Source: Acidimicrobiia bacterium | GTDB lineage: Bacteria; Actinomycetota; Acidimicrobiia; Spongiisociales; ZC4RG35 | Direction of reading: 5' to 3' | Length of the DNA stretch: 64,000 nucleotides | NCBI GenBank assembly: GCA_965203555.1 | Contig: CBDBCY010000004.1 | Location: 640,001-704,000 of the forward strand | Part shown: piece after piece, positions 1-8,938 of the stretch | Position numbering within the stretch: position 1 is the first letter of the stretch | Layout of the letters: each line of letters starts with the position of its first letter | Made by a program: the position numbers and the translations under genes | Notes under the pieces: model-generated | The model's input: the letters and a program-made list of their open reading frames with translations, nothing else | Databases searched by the model: none | What the model was told of the DNA's origin: nothing

Positions 1-2
1 TC

Positions 3-1436
3 GGCATCGAGGCCATCGCCACCGAGATGGACCGCGATGACCCCCTAATCAAGCTCAAGCGGGCCGAGGATCTTTACAAACGGGTCTTCTACGAGTACGG
101 AGACGACTCGGTGGCACAACTGGGAGGAGTCCATCTTGCCTGCGAGCAGGCCTCGAATCTCCTCACCAAGGTGCTGGAATGGGGGCGCCTGGCCGCCTAT
201 CTCGAGCAGTCCACCCGCTACATCGCCTACGACCAACCCCTGGGCGACAGCTACCGGTTCTTCCTTCCGCCCGAGATCGGGGATTCACCCCTGCGGGACG
301 GCTACGTGGCCATGATGAACCACCTGTTCGAGACCTACCGGGAGATGCGCCCGGTGATGATCGACTACTTCACCAAGCGCCATCCCCGCAGGAAAGGGGA
401 CCCGGCCTGGATACACCGGGCCGCCATCCGCGCCAAGGCCTTTGACTCCATCCGGGGGCTTCTCCCCGCCTCGACACTCTCCAACGTGGGAATCTACGCG
501 ACCGGCCAGGCGTATGAGATGGCTCTGATTCGGATGCAGTCTCACCCTCTACGAGAGGTTCGGGATTACGGAGCGATGATGCTCACCGAACTGCGCAAGG
601 TGATCCCCTCCTTCCTAACCCGGGTGGACCTCCCCGATCGGGGAATGCTCTGGAGCCATTATCTCGCCCAAACCAATTCCCGCCTCGAGGAGATAGCCGA
701 TCGCCTGGGTGGCCGCCCGGTTCCCGCCCCCGAGGTGACCCTCACCGACTGGGATCCGGACGCCGAGCGCAAACTGGCCGCCGCCGCCCTGTACAGCGTC
801 TCGGAACTCCCCGATGCCCAACTCCGCGAGAACGTGGACCGGATGTCATCCACCCAGATCACCGGGTTGATCACCTCCCTGGTGGGAGACCGCCGCAACC
901 GCCGTCACAAGCCGGGCAGGGCGCTCGAGCGAAGCTACTACCGATTCGACGTGGTGTGCGACTTCGGAGCATTCCGGGATCTCCAGCGCCACCGGATGAT
1001 GACCATCGAGTGGCAGCCGCTCACCACCCGCCTCGGCCACGAACGGCCCGAGGAGCTATCGGACGCCGGCTTGGATCGCCTCTGGGACCGGACGCTGGAA
1101 GACGCCGGGGAGTTCTATGAGCGGGCGCGGGACTCCCTGGGCCGCCATGTCGCCCAGTACGCTGCGCCCTTCGCCTATCACATCAGGTTCATGATGGAAA
1201 TGAACGCCCGCCAGGCCCTGCATCTGATCGAACTGCGCACCCAGCCGGCCGGACACCCCAATTACCGGCGGGTGTGCATAGAGATGCACCGCCAGATCGC
1301 CGAGGTGGCCGGCCACACCCGCATCGCCGACGCCTTCACGTTTCTGAATACCGAAGGAGTTGATCTGGAGAGACTGGATTCAGAACGTCGCGCCGCCCAA
1401 CGCACCCAAGGTCGCCAGTTGCAAATGGAGATATAG
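3..1436 (+). CDS. thyX: FAD-dependent thymidylate synthase, tandem-Thy1-domain type (5' end probably outside window)
   Basis: EYGDDSVAQLGG, YLEQSTRY and second-domain RDLQRHR / LIELRT motifs; the frame is open back to base 3. Confidence 0.85.
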   Translation, partial: GIEAIATEMDRDDPLIKLKRAEDLYKRVFYEYGDDSVAQLGGVHLACEQASNLLTKVLEWGRLAAYLEQSTRYIAYDQPLGDSYRFFLPPEIGDSPLRDGYVAMMNHLFETYREMRPVMIDYFTKRHPRRKGDPAWIHRAAIRAKAFDSIRGLLPASTLSNVGIYATGQAYEMALIRMQSHPLREVRDYGAMMLTELRKVIPSFLTRVDLPDRGMLWSHYLAQTNSRLEEIADRLGGRPVPAPEVTLTDWDPDAERKLAAAALYSVSELPDAQLRENVDRMSSTQITGLITSLVGDRRNRRHKPGRALERSYYRFDVVCDFGAFRDLQRHRMMTIEWQPLTTRLGHERPEELSDAGLDRLWDRTLEDAGEFYERARDSLGRHVAQYAAPFAYHIRFMMEMNARQALHLIELRTQPAGHPNYRRVCIEMHRQIAEVAGHTRIADAFTFLNTEGVDLERLDSERRAAQRTQGRQLQMEI

Positions 1437-1536
1437 ACCCCGTCCGGCAACATGTGTGAGCGGATGAACTGACAAGCGCTGGCAACTGAATACCAGTTAA
1501 CCTGTACACCGAGGGGAGCATGCGGGAAAGGCCACT

Positions 1537-2937
1537 ATGGACGGCATCGACAGCATAACGGTGCGTGACTACCGGTGTTTTGCCAACTCGCAGACCTCCC
1601 GCCTGGCGCCCCTGACGTTGCTCGTCGGAGACAACAATACCGGCAAGACCTCTCTGATGGCGATGCTCCGGGCCATGTCCCACATCGCCTGCGCCGACCG
1701 CGTGCCGGATTTCAAAGAGCCGCCCTATGACTTGGGGACCTTCGATGAGATCGTGCATCGCAGCGGCGCGCGGGGTGGCCCACCTGACAGGTTTGGCGCA
1801 ACCTTGGAGATTGCAGCCCAGACGAAAGATGGAAACACGGGCGCGGTGGTAATCGATGTCGACTTCGCCGATTATCAGTCGGCACCCGTGCCTGTACGGC
1901 GACATGTTTCACAAGGTGAGTGTTGGATCGAGCAGCGAATCAGGGATACGACAGGCACTCACACCAGCTACGGCACTCCACGCGGCGCTTGGGAGCATGT
2001 CCAAGCAGACAGTTACCGGTCTTCCTTCGTTGGGCACACCAACACGTTGCCGCCGATCGAAGTGGTGCTGTGGCTGCTGCGTCATGTGAAAATCGGACAC
2101 GAGGCGGAGTCGTCGCCAGAGCAGACCTTCGAACCTATCGGAGGCTCGCCGCCCATCTCATCCGACGACCTGGCACAGATCAAAGAAAACCTGGAGTATG
2201 CGCGCATGGGCGCCCAAAGAACAGACGGCGCGGGGATCAGGGGAGTGTTCGCAAGCGCTCCCGTGCGATCGCAGCCAAGGCGGACCTACGACCCGGCTCG
2301 GGCGACGTTGGAACCCGAGGGTGACTATGTACCGATGTATCTCGCCCAACTGGCATTACGCCAACCAGAAAGATGGGATTGGCTCAAGGGCCGACTTCAG
2401 GAGTTCGGAAACCAGGCCGGCCTCTTCACCGAGATCGAAGTGCATCGGCTCGGCAAGATCGAGAGCGCTCCCTTCCAGATTCGAATCCGAAAGTCCGGCA
2501 AGCGGCGCAAGGGACCCTTCCGCAACCTGGTCGACATGGGTTGCGGTTTGAGTCAGGCGCTTCCGATCATCACCGAACTGCTGCGCCACGACGGGCCACG
2601 GCTGATGCTGTTGCAGCAACCCGAGGCGCATTTGCATCCAGGCGCCGCGGCCGCGCTGGCCAGCCTCTTCTGCGAAACCGTAGCGAACTCCGAACATGGT
2701 CGGCAGATCGTCGTGGAGACTCACAGCGATTTCATCATCGACCGGGTAAGGACGTCCGTCAGAGACCGCGCCGCGGGCATTCAACCGGAGGACGTCTCGA
2801 TCCTGTACTTCGAGCGAAACGAGCAGGCCGTGAACATCCATTCCATCAGTGTGGATCGCCTCGGGAACATCGACGGCGCGCCCGTCGGCTATCGCCGGTT
2901 CTTCATGGATGAGTTGCGGCGTTCCATGTCAGCGTGA
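1537..2937 (+). CDS. AAA/ABC-type ATPase (AAA_15/AAA_21-like, DUF3696-type C-terminus)
   Basis: Walker A GDNNTGKT, signature-like DMGCGLSQ, Walker B region LLQQPEAHLHP, H-loop VETHSD. Confidence 0.85.
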   Translation: MDGIDSITVRDYRCFANSQTSRLAPLTLLVGDNNTGKTSLMAMLRAMSHIACADRVPDFKEPPYDLGTFDEIVHRSGARGGPPDRFGATLEIAAQTKDGNTGAVVIDVDFADYQSAPVPVRRHVSQGECWIEQRIRDTTGTHTSYGTPRGAWEHVQADSYRSSFVGHTNTLPPIEVVLWLLRHVKIGHEAESSPEQTFEPIGGSPPISSDDLAQIKENLEYARMGAQRTDGAGIRGVFASAPVRSQPRRTYDPARATLEPEGDYVPMYLAQLALRQPERWDWLKGRLQEFGNQAGLFTEIEVHRLGKIESAPFQIRIRKSGKRRKGPFRNLVDMGCGLSQALPIITELLRHDGPRLMLLQQPEAHLHPGAAAALASLFCETVANSEHGRQIVVETHSDFIIDRVRTSVRDRAAGIQPEDVSILYFERNEQAVNIHSISVDRLGNIDGAPVGYRRFFMDELRRSMSA

Positions 2938-3012
2938 GTGCGGCGCGCTCCAGAGAATCCCTGACCGACCGAAACAGTAGCCTCTTTGCGCCAAAGGCTT
3001 TGCCCTCGCTGA

Positions 3013-3234
3013 CTAACCCCCTCCGCCCAGGGGGATTCGCAGGACCAGATGGCCTTCCTCCACGGACCACTTGGCGGCGCCCACCAGCGAGTAGTCCAGG
3101 TAATCCTCCTCCGCCTGCTTGATGAACCGCCGCCGTTCCTCTCCGGCCACCGGCGGGAGCGAACGGTTACGAACCGCCTCGGCCCGCGCCTGGTACCGGG
3201 CGATCATCGCGTCAACATCGAGTTGGTCGGCCAC
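3013..3234 (-). CDS. small hypothetical protein (~73 aa)
   Basis: Protein-like composition VADQLDVDAMIARYQARAEAVRNRSLPPVAGEERRRFI; GTG start chosen inside ORF 3013..3396. Confidence 0.6.
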   Translation of the reverse strand: MADQLDVDAMIARYQARAEAVRNRSLPPVAGEERRRFIKQAEEDYLDYSLVGAAKWSVEEGHLVLRIPLGGGG

Positions 3235-3905
3235 AGTATCGTCAAGATTACCCCCGGCCGCATCACGGTTCGGCGGTGGAGAGGTACTGTCCTCCCCCGA
3301 AAGGCACCAAGACCGGGATAGCCCGCCGCGCCATTTGCGAACGCGAAACCCTTCCCAGGGGGCACTCACCATTCGGAAGCGCCAATCGAATCGCATCTTG
3401 CTCGGCGCTCAAACCGGCGGTTGCAGGCCCCTTGTGGACAAATTGTTCGGGTTGGGGCTTCGCGACCGAGGCGGGAAGCGGTTGGGTGGACGGCGGTAGC
3501 CCCACCACCGGCTTCCTCCAATTCGAGACACGCGGTCCTCTCCAGGATTTCTTTCAAGGGACGGCCGGAAGCGCCTTCGCGGATCGGATGTTCATGGTAG
3601 GTCCGCTTGGCATCGAGGTTCGCATCGCCTCGGTTACCGGTGCCTACTGCTCGTCATGATGTGGCTGGCGGCCCTGTGGCCGGAACACAACCCGTTCCCC
3701 GATGACCATCTTGATCTACGCCTTCGTATTGACCGGGGTCTACGCAATTGACGCCGGGCAGTGCCTCGGTTCGGCAGGAACTGGTCGGGGTCGTCCCTCA
3801 TGAGCAAAACACCGGTTCCTCGCATAGCCAAACCCCCTCAGGACGGCCTATCCCACCGGGTTCGGGAAGTGACGACACTCTCTGGACAGTCCACGGCGAC
3901 AGTGC

Positions 3906-3934
3906 TTGCAAAATAGCAGCACTAGCTGTACAAT
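3906..3934 (+). promoter_or_regulatory. sigma-A promoter for a leaderless TA transcript
   Basis: TTGCAA(3906-3911)-17 bp-TACAAT(3929-3934); ATG at 3942. Confidence 0.7.
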
Positions 3935-3941
3935 GCCTGCA

Positions 3942-4178
3942 ATGCCTGTATCCATCACGATCAGAAACGTTCCCAACGAGACTCGAGACGAACTCGCGGC
4001 CAGAGCGGCGCGGAGCGGACGTTCTCTACAGGAGTACCTCCGGCGGGAGCTGATCGCACTGGCGGACAAACCTGACATCGAGTCCTGGCTGGCTCGGGTT
4101 GAGAAGCGCGTTCAAACACACGGGTCGAAGCTTTCGGCAAGCGAAATCCTGGCTGACATTCATCACGGCCGGCGGTGA
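3942..4178 (+). CDS. FitA-like ribbon-helix-helix antitoxin (VapB)
   Basis: ITIRNVPNETRDELAARAARSGRSLQEYLR; GTGA overlap with the PIN gene. Confidence 0.85.
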   Translation: MPVSITIRNVPNETRDELAARAARSGRSLQEYLRRELIALADKPDIESWLARVEKRVQTHGSKLSASEILADIHHGRR

Positions 4179-4585
4179 GCGTCGTTCTTGATGCCTCTGT
4201 TCTGGTCTCCGCTCTGACCGATTCGGACCCCATGGGATCTTGGGCGAGGCAACATCTGCGTACACACCCGTTAGCAGCTCCTCACTTCATAACTGTGGAA
4301 GCCGCCAACGCCCTCCGACGGGCTCAGATGAGGGGTCGGATATCCCAGGATGTTGCCGCATCGGCTTATGCCGATCTGCTCCAAACTCCCTTGGAACTGT
4401 ATCCGTTCCGTCCTTTCGCCGATCGCGTCTGGGAGTTGCGTGAGACCGTCACCGCGTATGACGCCTGGTATGTGGCTCTGGCCGAAGCCCTCGGAACGCC
4501 CCTCGCTACGCTGGACAAGCGGCTCGCCAACGCGCCCGGCCCCACCTGCCGCTTCGAGACGCCGCCTTTCAGCCACTCGGCTTAA
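4175..4585 (+). CDS. vapC: PIN-domain toxin (VapC family)
   Basis: VVLDASVL, TAYDAWYVALAE and LATLDKRL PIN motifs. Confidence 0.9.
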   Translation: MSVVLDASVLVSALTDSDPMGSWARQHLRTHPLAAPHFITVEAANALRRAQMRGRISQDVAASAYADLLQTPLELYPFRPFADRVWELRETVTAYDAWYVALAEALGTPLATLDKRLANAPGPTCRFETPPFSHSA

Positions 4586-4875
4586 ACGCTCTCCGCTCGG
4601 CCGTGCCGCTGTTGTCGCCGAGGGGTAGCCGCCGAGAGACGCAGGAGGAACGCGGCCCGGTCGACGAAGCGCTCCGGGTCTCCTTGACGATTCCTCAAAG
4701 GCCCGGCAAGGTGGTGCTCTCCGGTCCACTATGGCATAGATGTCGCACAACACCTCCGTGATTGACAATCACAGCCGAATACGCAGATTTGCGCATCATC
4801 AACTCTGCTTGACCACCCAATAGCCAACTGACCCGCACATCGGTTGTCCCCAAAGCTGTGTGTATACTAAAGCAC

Positions 4876-5115
4876 ATGAGAATACACATACACCTGGATG
4901 ACGATCTCGTTGCGGACTTGGACCGCCGGGCAGGGCCTCGAAAACGAAGTGCGTTCATTGCGGCGCTGATACGTCGGGGGCTTGACGACGAGCGGAGATG
5001 GGACGACATCGAAGCCTCGCTCGGCACGATTGCGGACACGGGCCACGAGTGGGACAATGACCCCCGAGCCTGGGTACGGGCGCAGCGACAGAGCGACGAC
5101 CAACGAACCGGCTGA
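4876..5115 (+). CDS. CopG/RHH antitoxin (VapB)
   Basis: MRIHIHLDDDLVADLDRRAG..RSAFI; TATACT at 4863-4868 is 7 nt upstream (leaderless). Confidence 0.8.
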   Translation: MRIHIHLDDDLVADLDRRAGPRKRSAFIAALIRRGLDDERRWDDIEASLGTIADTGHEWDNDPRAWVRAQRQSDDQRTG

Positions 5116-5117
5116 GT

Positions 5118-5510
5118 GTGTCGAGGCTCCTGCTCGATTCCACCGTGTTGATCGACGCTCTGCGCGGACGTCCCGCAGTCGAACGTATCAGAGGACTTCG
5201 CCGGACCGGTGTCGAGCCATGGGTCTGTGCCATCTCGGTCGAGGAAATCTGGCGAGGCCTGCATCCCGAGGAGGAATCCACGGCCCGCCGACTCATTCGG
5301 GCATTACGCCCGGCCCCGCTGGGTTTCGCCGTGGCAGAACGTGCGGGCCGTTGGAGACACTTTTACGCGGAACGTGGAGTAATCCTGCACCAAGCGGATT
5401 GTCTCATCGCTTCGGCGGCTGTCGGAGTGGGTGCGGCCCTGGCCACCGCCAACCTCTCCGATTTCCCTATGCCGGAACTCGACCTTGAGCACTGGCCTGT
5501 CGGCAGGTAA
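5118..5510 (+). CDS. vapC: PIN-domain toxin (VapC family)
   Basis: LLLDSTVLID, ADCLIASAA, LATANLSDF. Confidence 0.9.
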   Translation: MSRLLLDSTVLIDALRGRPAVERIRGLRRTGVEPWVCAISVEEIWRGLHPEEESTARRLIRALRPAPLGFAVAERAGRWRHFYAERGVILHQADCLIASAAVGVGAALATANLSDFPMPELDLEHWPVGR

Positions 5511-5593
5511 CCAAATCTCGTCCAACCTACGGCGAATCGGCTACCGACTTGGCGCATCCTCGCTCTATCCCCTCCTTTCCCAGAGCGGTCCGA

Positions 5594-5764
5594 TCAGTCC
5601 GCATCCCGCAGGCAGCGATGTGGATGTGCCGCCCGTGGAGCAGTCAGCAAATCCACCCCACCCCCCGAAGCCAACAACCTCTCCTTGATTCTCGGCCCTT
5701 CCACTTGGCTCATCTCCAACAAGTCGCTGAACCGCGCCTTTGCCTCCTGCGCTTGCCAAGCCAT
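5594..5764 (-). pseudogene. Phd/YefM antitoxin with an in-frame internal deletion and no partner toxin
   Basis: MAWQAQEAKARFSDLLE..GP|RIKE aligns to 11331..11585 minus 28 aa. Confidence 0.75.
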
Positions 5765-5833
5765 ACCGGTCTCTTCTGAGGGTAGAGACAAGTCCTGACC
5801 GGTCATACAAGCGGGAAGACTTTGTATAACTCT

Positions 5834-5861
5834 ATTTCGCATAAATCAAGTTATGCTAGAG
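5834..5861. promoter_or_regulatory. dif-like 11-6-11 palindrome, or operator of the ATPase gene
   Basis: ATTTCGCATAA-ATCAAG-TTATGCTAGAG. Confidence 0.35.
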
Positions 5862-5886
5862 CAGCGGCGAACCGGCAGGGATTGAC

Positions 5887-7386
5887 ATGACCAAAAAACC
5901 TGCGAACGTGTACAACCGCGATGTCGAATGGGCCGATCTGACCGGATTTGCCACTGCGCCGGGACCGCGGTTGCGGCTAGGGATCGTGTATGGTCGGCGT
6001 CGCTTCGGCAAGAGCCACATACTGAGGGGATTGGTGGAGTCGGTCGGCGGAGTGTATCACCTCGCCCTTCAAGAAGAGTCCCGAACGGCGCTGGATCGGT
6101 TCGCGGCAACTCTGAGTCACCACCATCCCGGAACACCGCCCCTTCGCTTCGATGATTGGAGCGCCGCCCTGGGCTACGCGGTGACCATGCTGGGGGAACG
6201 CCGGCGCGGACCCCAGGTTCTGGTGCTGGACGAATACCCCTATCTGCGTCAGACCAGCCCGGAATTGGACTCGACCATCCAGGCGCTCATCGATGAGACC
6301 GCAGCCGGAAACCTGGGGTCGGATTGGCCGTCGCCGGTAGTTGTCATCCTGTGCGGTTCGGCTATGTCGGTGATGACCGCCATCCTCAGCGGGACCTCAC
6401 CCATGCGCGGACGGGCGGCGCTCGACATGCCGCTGGCGTCGTTCGACTACCGCCAAGCCCGGGGCTTCTGGGGCATCGACAACCCGGAGGCGGCCTTCGC
6501 CATCGACTCCATCGTGGGCGGCGCCGCCGGATACAAAGACCTGACCGCCGCCGTCGGCGCCCCTGCCCATCCCGACGAACTGGCTGACTGGCTGGCCTCC
6601 ACGGTCCTCAATCCCTCCCATGCCCTCTTCAGGGAGGACGAATACCTGCTGCGGGAAGACCCCCGGATCACCGCCGAGGCGCCCTACTACTCGCTGATGC
6701 AGGCCATCGCCCCGGGTCCCGTCTCCCAGGGACGGATCGCCGCCGCAGTGGGCCGGGCCCCGGGCGATATAGTCCATCACCTCAAGGTGATGACCACTGC
6801 CGGATTCGTAGTGCGCGACGACGACCTGCTGACCCTTCGGCGGCCCCTGTATCGCATCGCCGACCCCATCGTGCGCTTTCACCATCTAATCACCCGCCGT
6901 CACCGGGTGATGTTGGAGCAACGTCGAGCCGACGAAGTCTGGGCCATCGCGGCCCGGACCTACCGCTCCCAGGTGATCGGCCCGCATTTCGAGTCCCTCT
7001 GCCGCCACTGGGTCAACCGATACGCGAACTCCGCGACCTTGGGCGCCGCCATCGGCCCTGCCCACCGGGTCCGCATTAACGATCCCGGCCGTCGCAGGTC
7101 CTTCGAAATGGATATAGCCGCCCCCTCCGCCGAGGTGGACCAACCGGGACACCTGACGCTCCAAGTCGTGGGAGAGGCCAAGGCGACCCAACTCGAGCTC
7201 TCCGACCTTGCCCGACTGGACCGTCTCGCCCACCTGCTGGCCGAACGAGGTCGAGTATCCCTGTCCCCCACTCTGAAGCGTATGCTCTTCTCGCTGACAG
7301 GATTCGCCCCTCGCCTGATCGAGGCCTCCGATCAGCGCACCGATGTCGAACTGGTGGACCTCCACCGCCTCTACCACGGCGCCTGA
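5887..7386 (+). CDS. archaeal-type AAA ATPase with wHTH and C-terminal PD-(D/E)xK (DUF234-like) domain
   Basis: YNRDVE, YGRRRFGKS Walker A, VLDEYPY Walker B, ILCGS, YRIADP, EMDIAA..GEAK. Confidence 0.85.
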   Translation: MTKKPANVYNRDVEWADLTGFATAPGPRLRLGIVYGRRRFGKSHILRGLVESVGGVYHLALQEESRTALDRFAATLSHHHPGTPPLRFDDWSAALGYAVTMLGERRRGPQVLVLDEYPYLRQTSPELDSTIQALIDETAAGNLGSDWPSPVVVILCGSAMSVMTAILSGTSPMRGRAALDMPLASFDYRQARGFWGIDNPEAAFAIDSIVGGAAGYKDLTAAVGAPAHPDELADWLASTVLNPSHALFREDEYLLREDPRITAEAPYYSLMQAIAPGPVSQGRIAAAVGRAPGDIVHHLKVMTTAGFVVRDDDLLTLRRPLYRIADPIVRFHHLITRRHRVMLEQRRADEVWAIAARTYRSQVIGPHFESLCRHWVNRYANSATLGAAIGPAHRVRINDPGRRRSFEMDIAAPSAEVDQPGHLTLQVVGEAKATQLELSDLARLDRLAHLLAERGRVSLSPTLKRMLFSLTGFAPRLIEASDQRTDVELVDLHRLYHGA

Positions 7387-7478
7387 CACCAACAACCCAC
7401 CCCCACCCCGCGAAGAGTCCCTAACCGGGAAGGCAAGTTTGTGGAAGATGATCGGAATCGTCGGCTTACCATGAGAGC

Positions 7479-7824
7479 GTGATTCCAGAACCGGGTCTGA
7501 TCAGGGTGCGGAAGTGGATAGACGAACGCAACGCCAGGTTGCCTCCCCCGCGCCCAAGGCCTGATCCGTTACGAGATCGACCTCACCGACTGCGCCATCA
7601 CCATCCTCGAATGCCGACCCCCGTGTCGCGATGACATGGAACCCGATTGGACCCGCCACCCGATCTGTCGTTTCCGCTACACCAAGGTCCGGAACGAGTG
7701 GTCGCTCTATTGGAGAGACCGGAACCTGCGGTTCCACGAGTACGACCTGGTCCATCCCACACCGCTGATCGATGATCTGATCGCAGAAGTAGACCGAGAC
7801 CCGACCTGCATCTTCTGGGGCTGA
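7479..7824 (+). CDS. DUF3024 family protein (+1 frameshift in the C-run near 7545, probably a sequencing error)
   Basis: ITILECRPP..PICRFRY..WSLYWRDRNLRFHEY..EVDRDPTCIFWG; the N-terminus VIPEPGLIRVRKW lies in another frame. Confidence 0.75.
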
Positions 7825-7916
7825 TCGCCCAAAGCGACAAACGGAGCCGCCGCCAGCCGTCTCAGGGGTGGTTTTCGGTTGCACAGGCACTCACCCTCAA
7901 CGCATTCGATCCAGGG

Positions 7917-8139
7917 CTACTCCTCAAACTCGTGGGATGAAAAACCCAGTTGCGTGGCGTTTTCCCTGACCACCCTCACTATGCGATCATCGAACTTCTC
8001 GGCCTTGGCGTTCACTTCAAGCGAGATGGTGACCTCGCCAACCCGGCGGAGGTGGGTGACCACCTCTTTGAGAATGCCCTCCAGATCGCGAATGGCCCTG
8101 ACCGAATCCAGTTCAATCTCGCCGTAGAAACGGGTGAGT
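7917..8139 (-). pseudogene. C-terminal fragment of a DUF499 ATPase
   Basis: Reads LTRFYGEIELDSVRAIRDLEGILKEVVTHL..VTISLEVNA..VRVVRENATQLGFSSHEFEE*, resembling the usual DUF499 C-terminus; cut by the IS110 remnant. Confidence 0.65.
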
Positions 8140-8389
8140 GATTGAGGCGATGGCGTACGGTCTGCCCTGAGGAGGCTTGTATGGGACTAGTGCCGCATAA
8201 GGCGGCGAATGACGCTTCTGAGGTCATGCGGTGGGGATTGTCACCGGCTGCGATCAACAGGGTGGCGGCAGTGTCGGCGCCGACTCCTCGGGCAGCAAGC
8301 AGCGCCGGGTTGGCCTGGGCGCAGAGACGATGGATCTCGTCACGGTGGGTGTCAACCCCACCAAACACAATCCGGGTTTCTTCTGACAT
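8140..8389 (-). mobile_element. IS110-family transposase remnant (internally deleted, 3'-truncated)
   Basis: N-terminal GGVDTHRD joined directly to GVGADTAATLLIAAGDNP..FAALCGTSPIQASSG..RHRLN. Confidence 0.85.
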
Positions 8390-8625
8390 TGCCCTGCTCG
8401 CTCCTCTCAGATACAATTTCGTTCCTGTTCCCCTCTGACCCGAAAAAGCGGTAGACAGTCCACTCACGGTGGGCAGAGCAAAGCTCCTATCAGGTCACAT
8501 CCGCCCTGTCGGGGGGAACACCCCCCAGTCCGAAGGCGGGCCGACAGATCACCGAAAAGGCACCAAGCCAGATCCAGGCAGGGTCAGGCCCGCCCCGGAC
8601 CGGGGAACACCCCACCACTATGAGT
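8390..8625 (-). ncRNA. IS110 non-coding left end, candidate bridge RNA
   Basis: ~235 nt directly upstream of the transposase; stem GGTCCGGGGCGGGCC / GGCCCGCCTTCGGACT encloses an internal loop; second TGACC..CTGTC module; CATAGT -10-like hexamer at the outer end. Confidence 0.55.
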
Positions 8626-8938
8626 GGATTCAGGGTAAGGGAGTAGCGAGAAACCCCAGGTCAGAGGGCCAGTCAATAGACAGGAATAGTCAGGGAATAG
8701 TGATTCATCGATAGCATGCGGAAGAAAACTTTGCAGCTCCTTTAGGAATCGGTGGTTGATCCAGCCCAGAGAAGCCAGCGTTGGGATCGCTCCGCCGATC
8801 TCATCATCACGCAAATGCGGTTTCCACCTCTTGACTGCAACAGCCCCACGACCTCTACAATCAACCAACGAGCAACACCGTTAGGAGGCTGCTGATTATT
8901 CGGGAGTGATGTGACCTTCCAACCGGTAGGAGGTGGTT

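Noticed and set aside
3260-3900. Short ORFs between the hypothetical gene and the first TA pair
   Set aside because: No family motifs recognised; probably decayed sequence
8630-8935. Possible continuation of the methyltransferase or a separate 94-aa ORF
   Set aside because: Composition shifts and no HhH or FeS motif is recoverable in the frames I read
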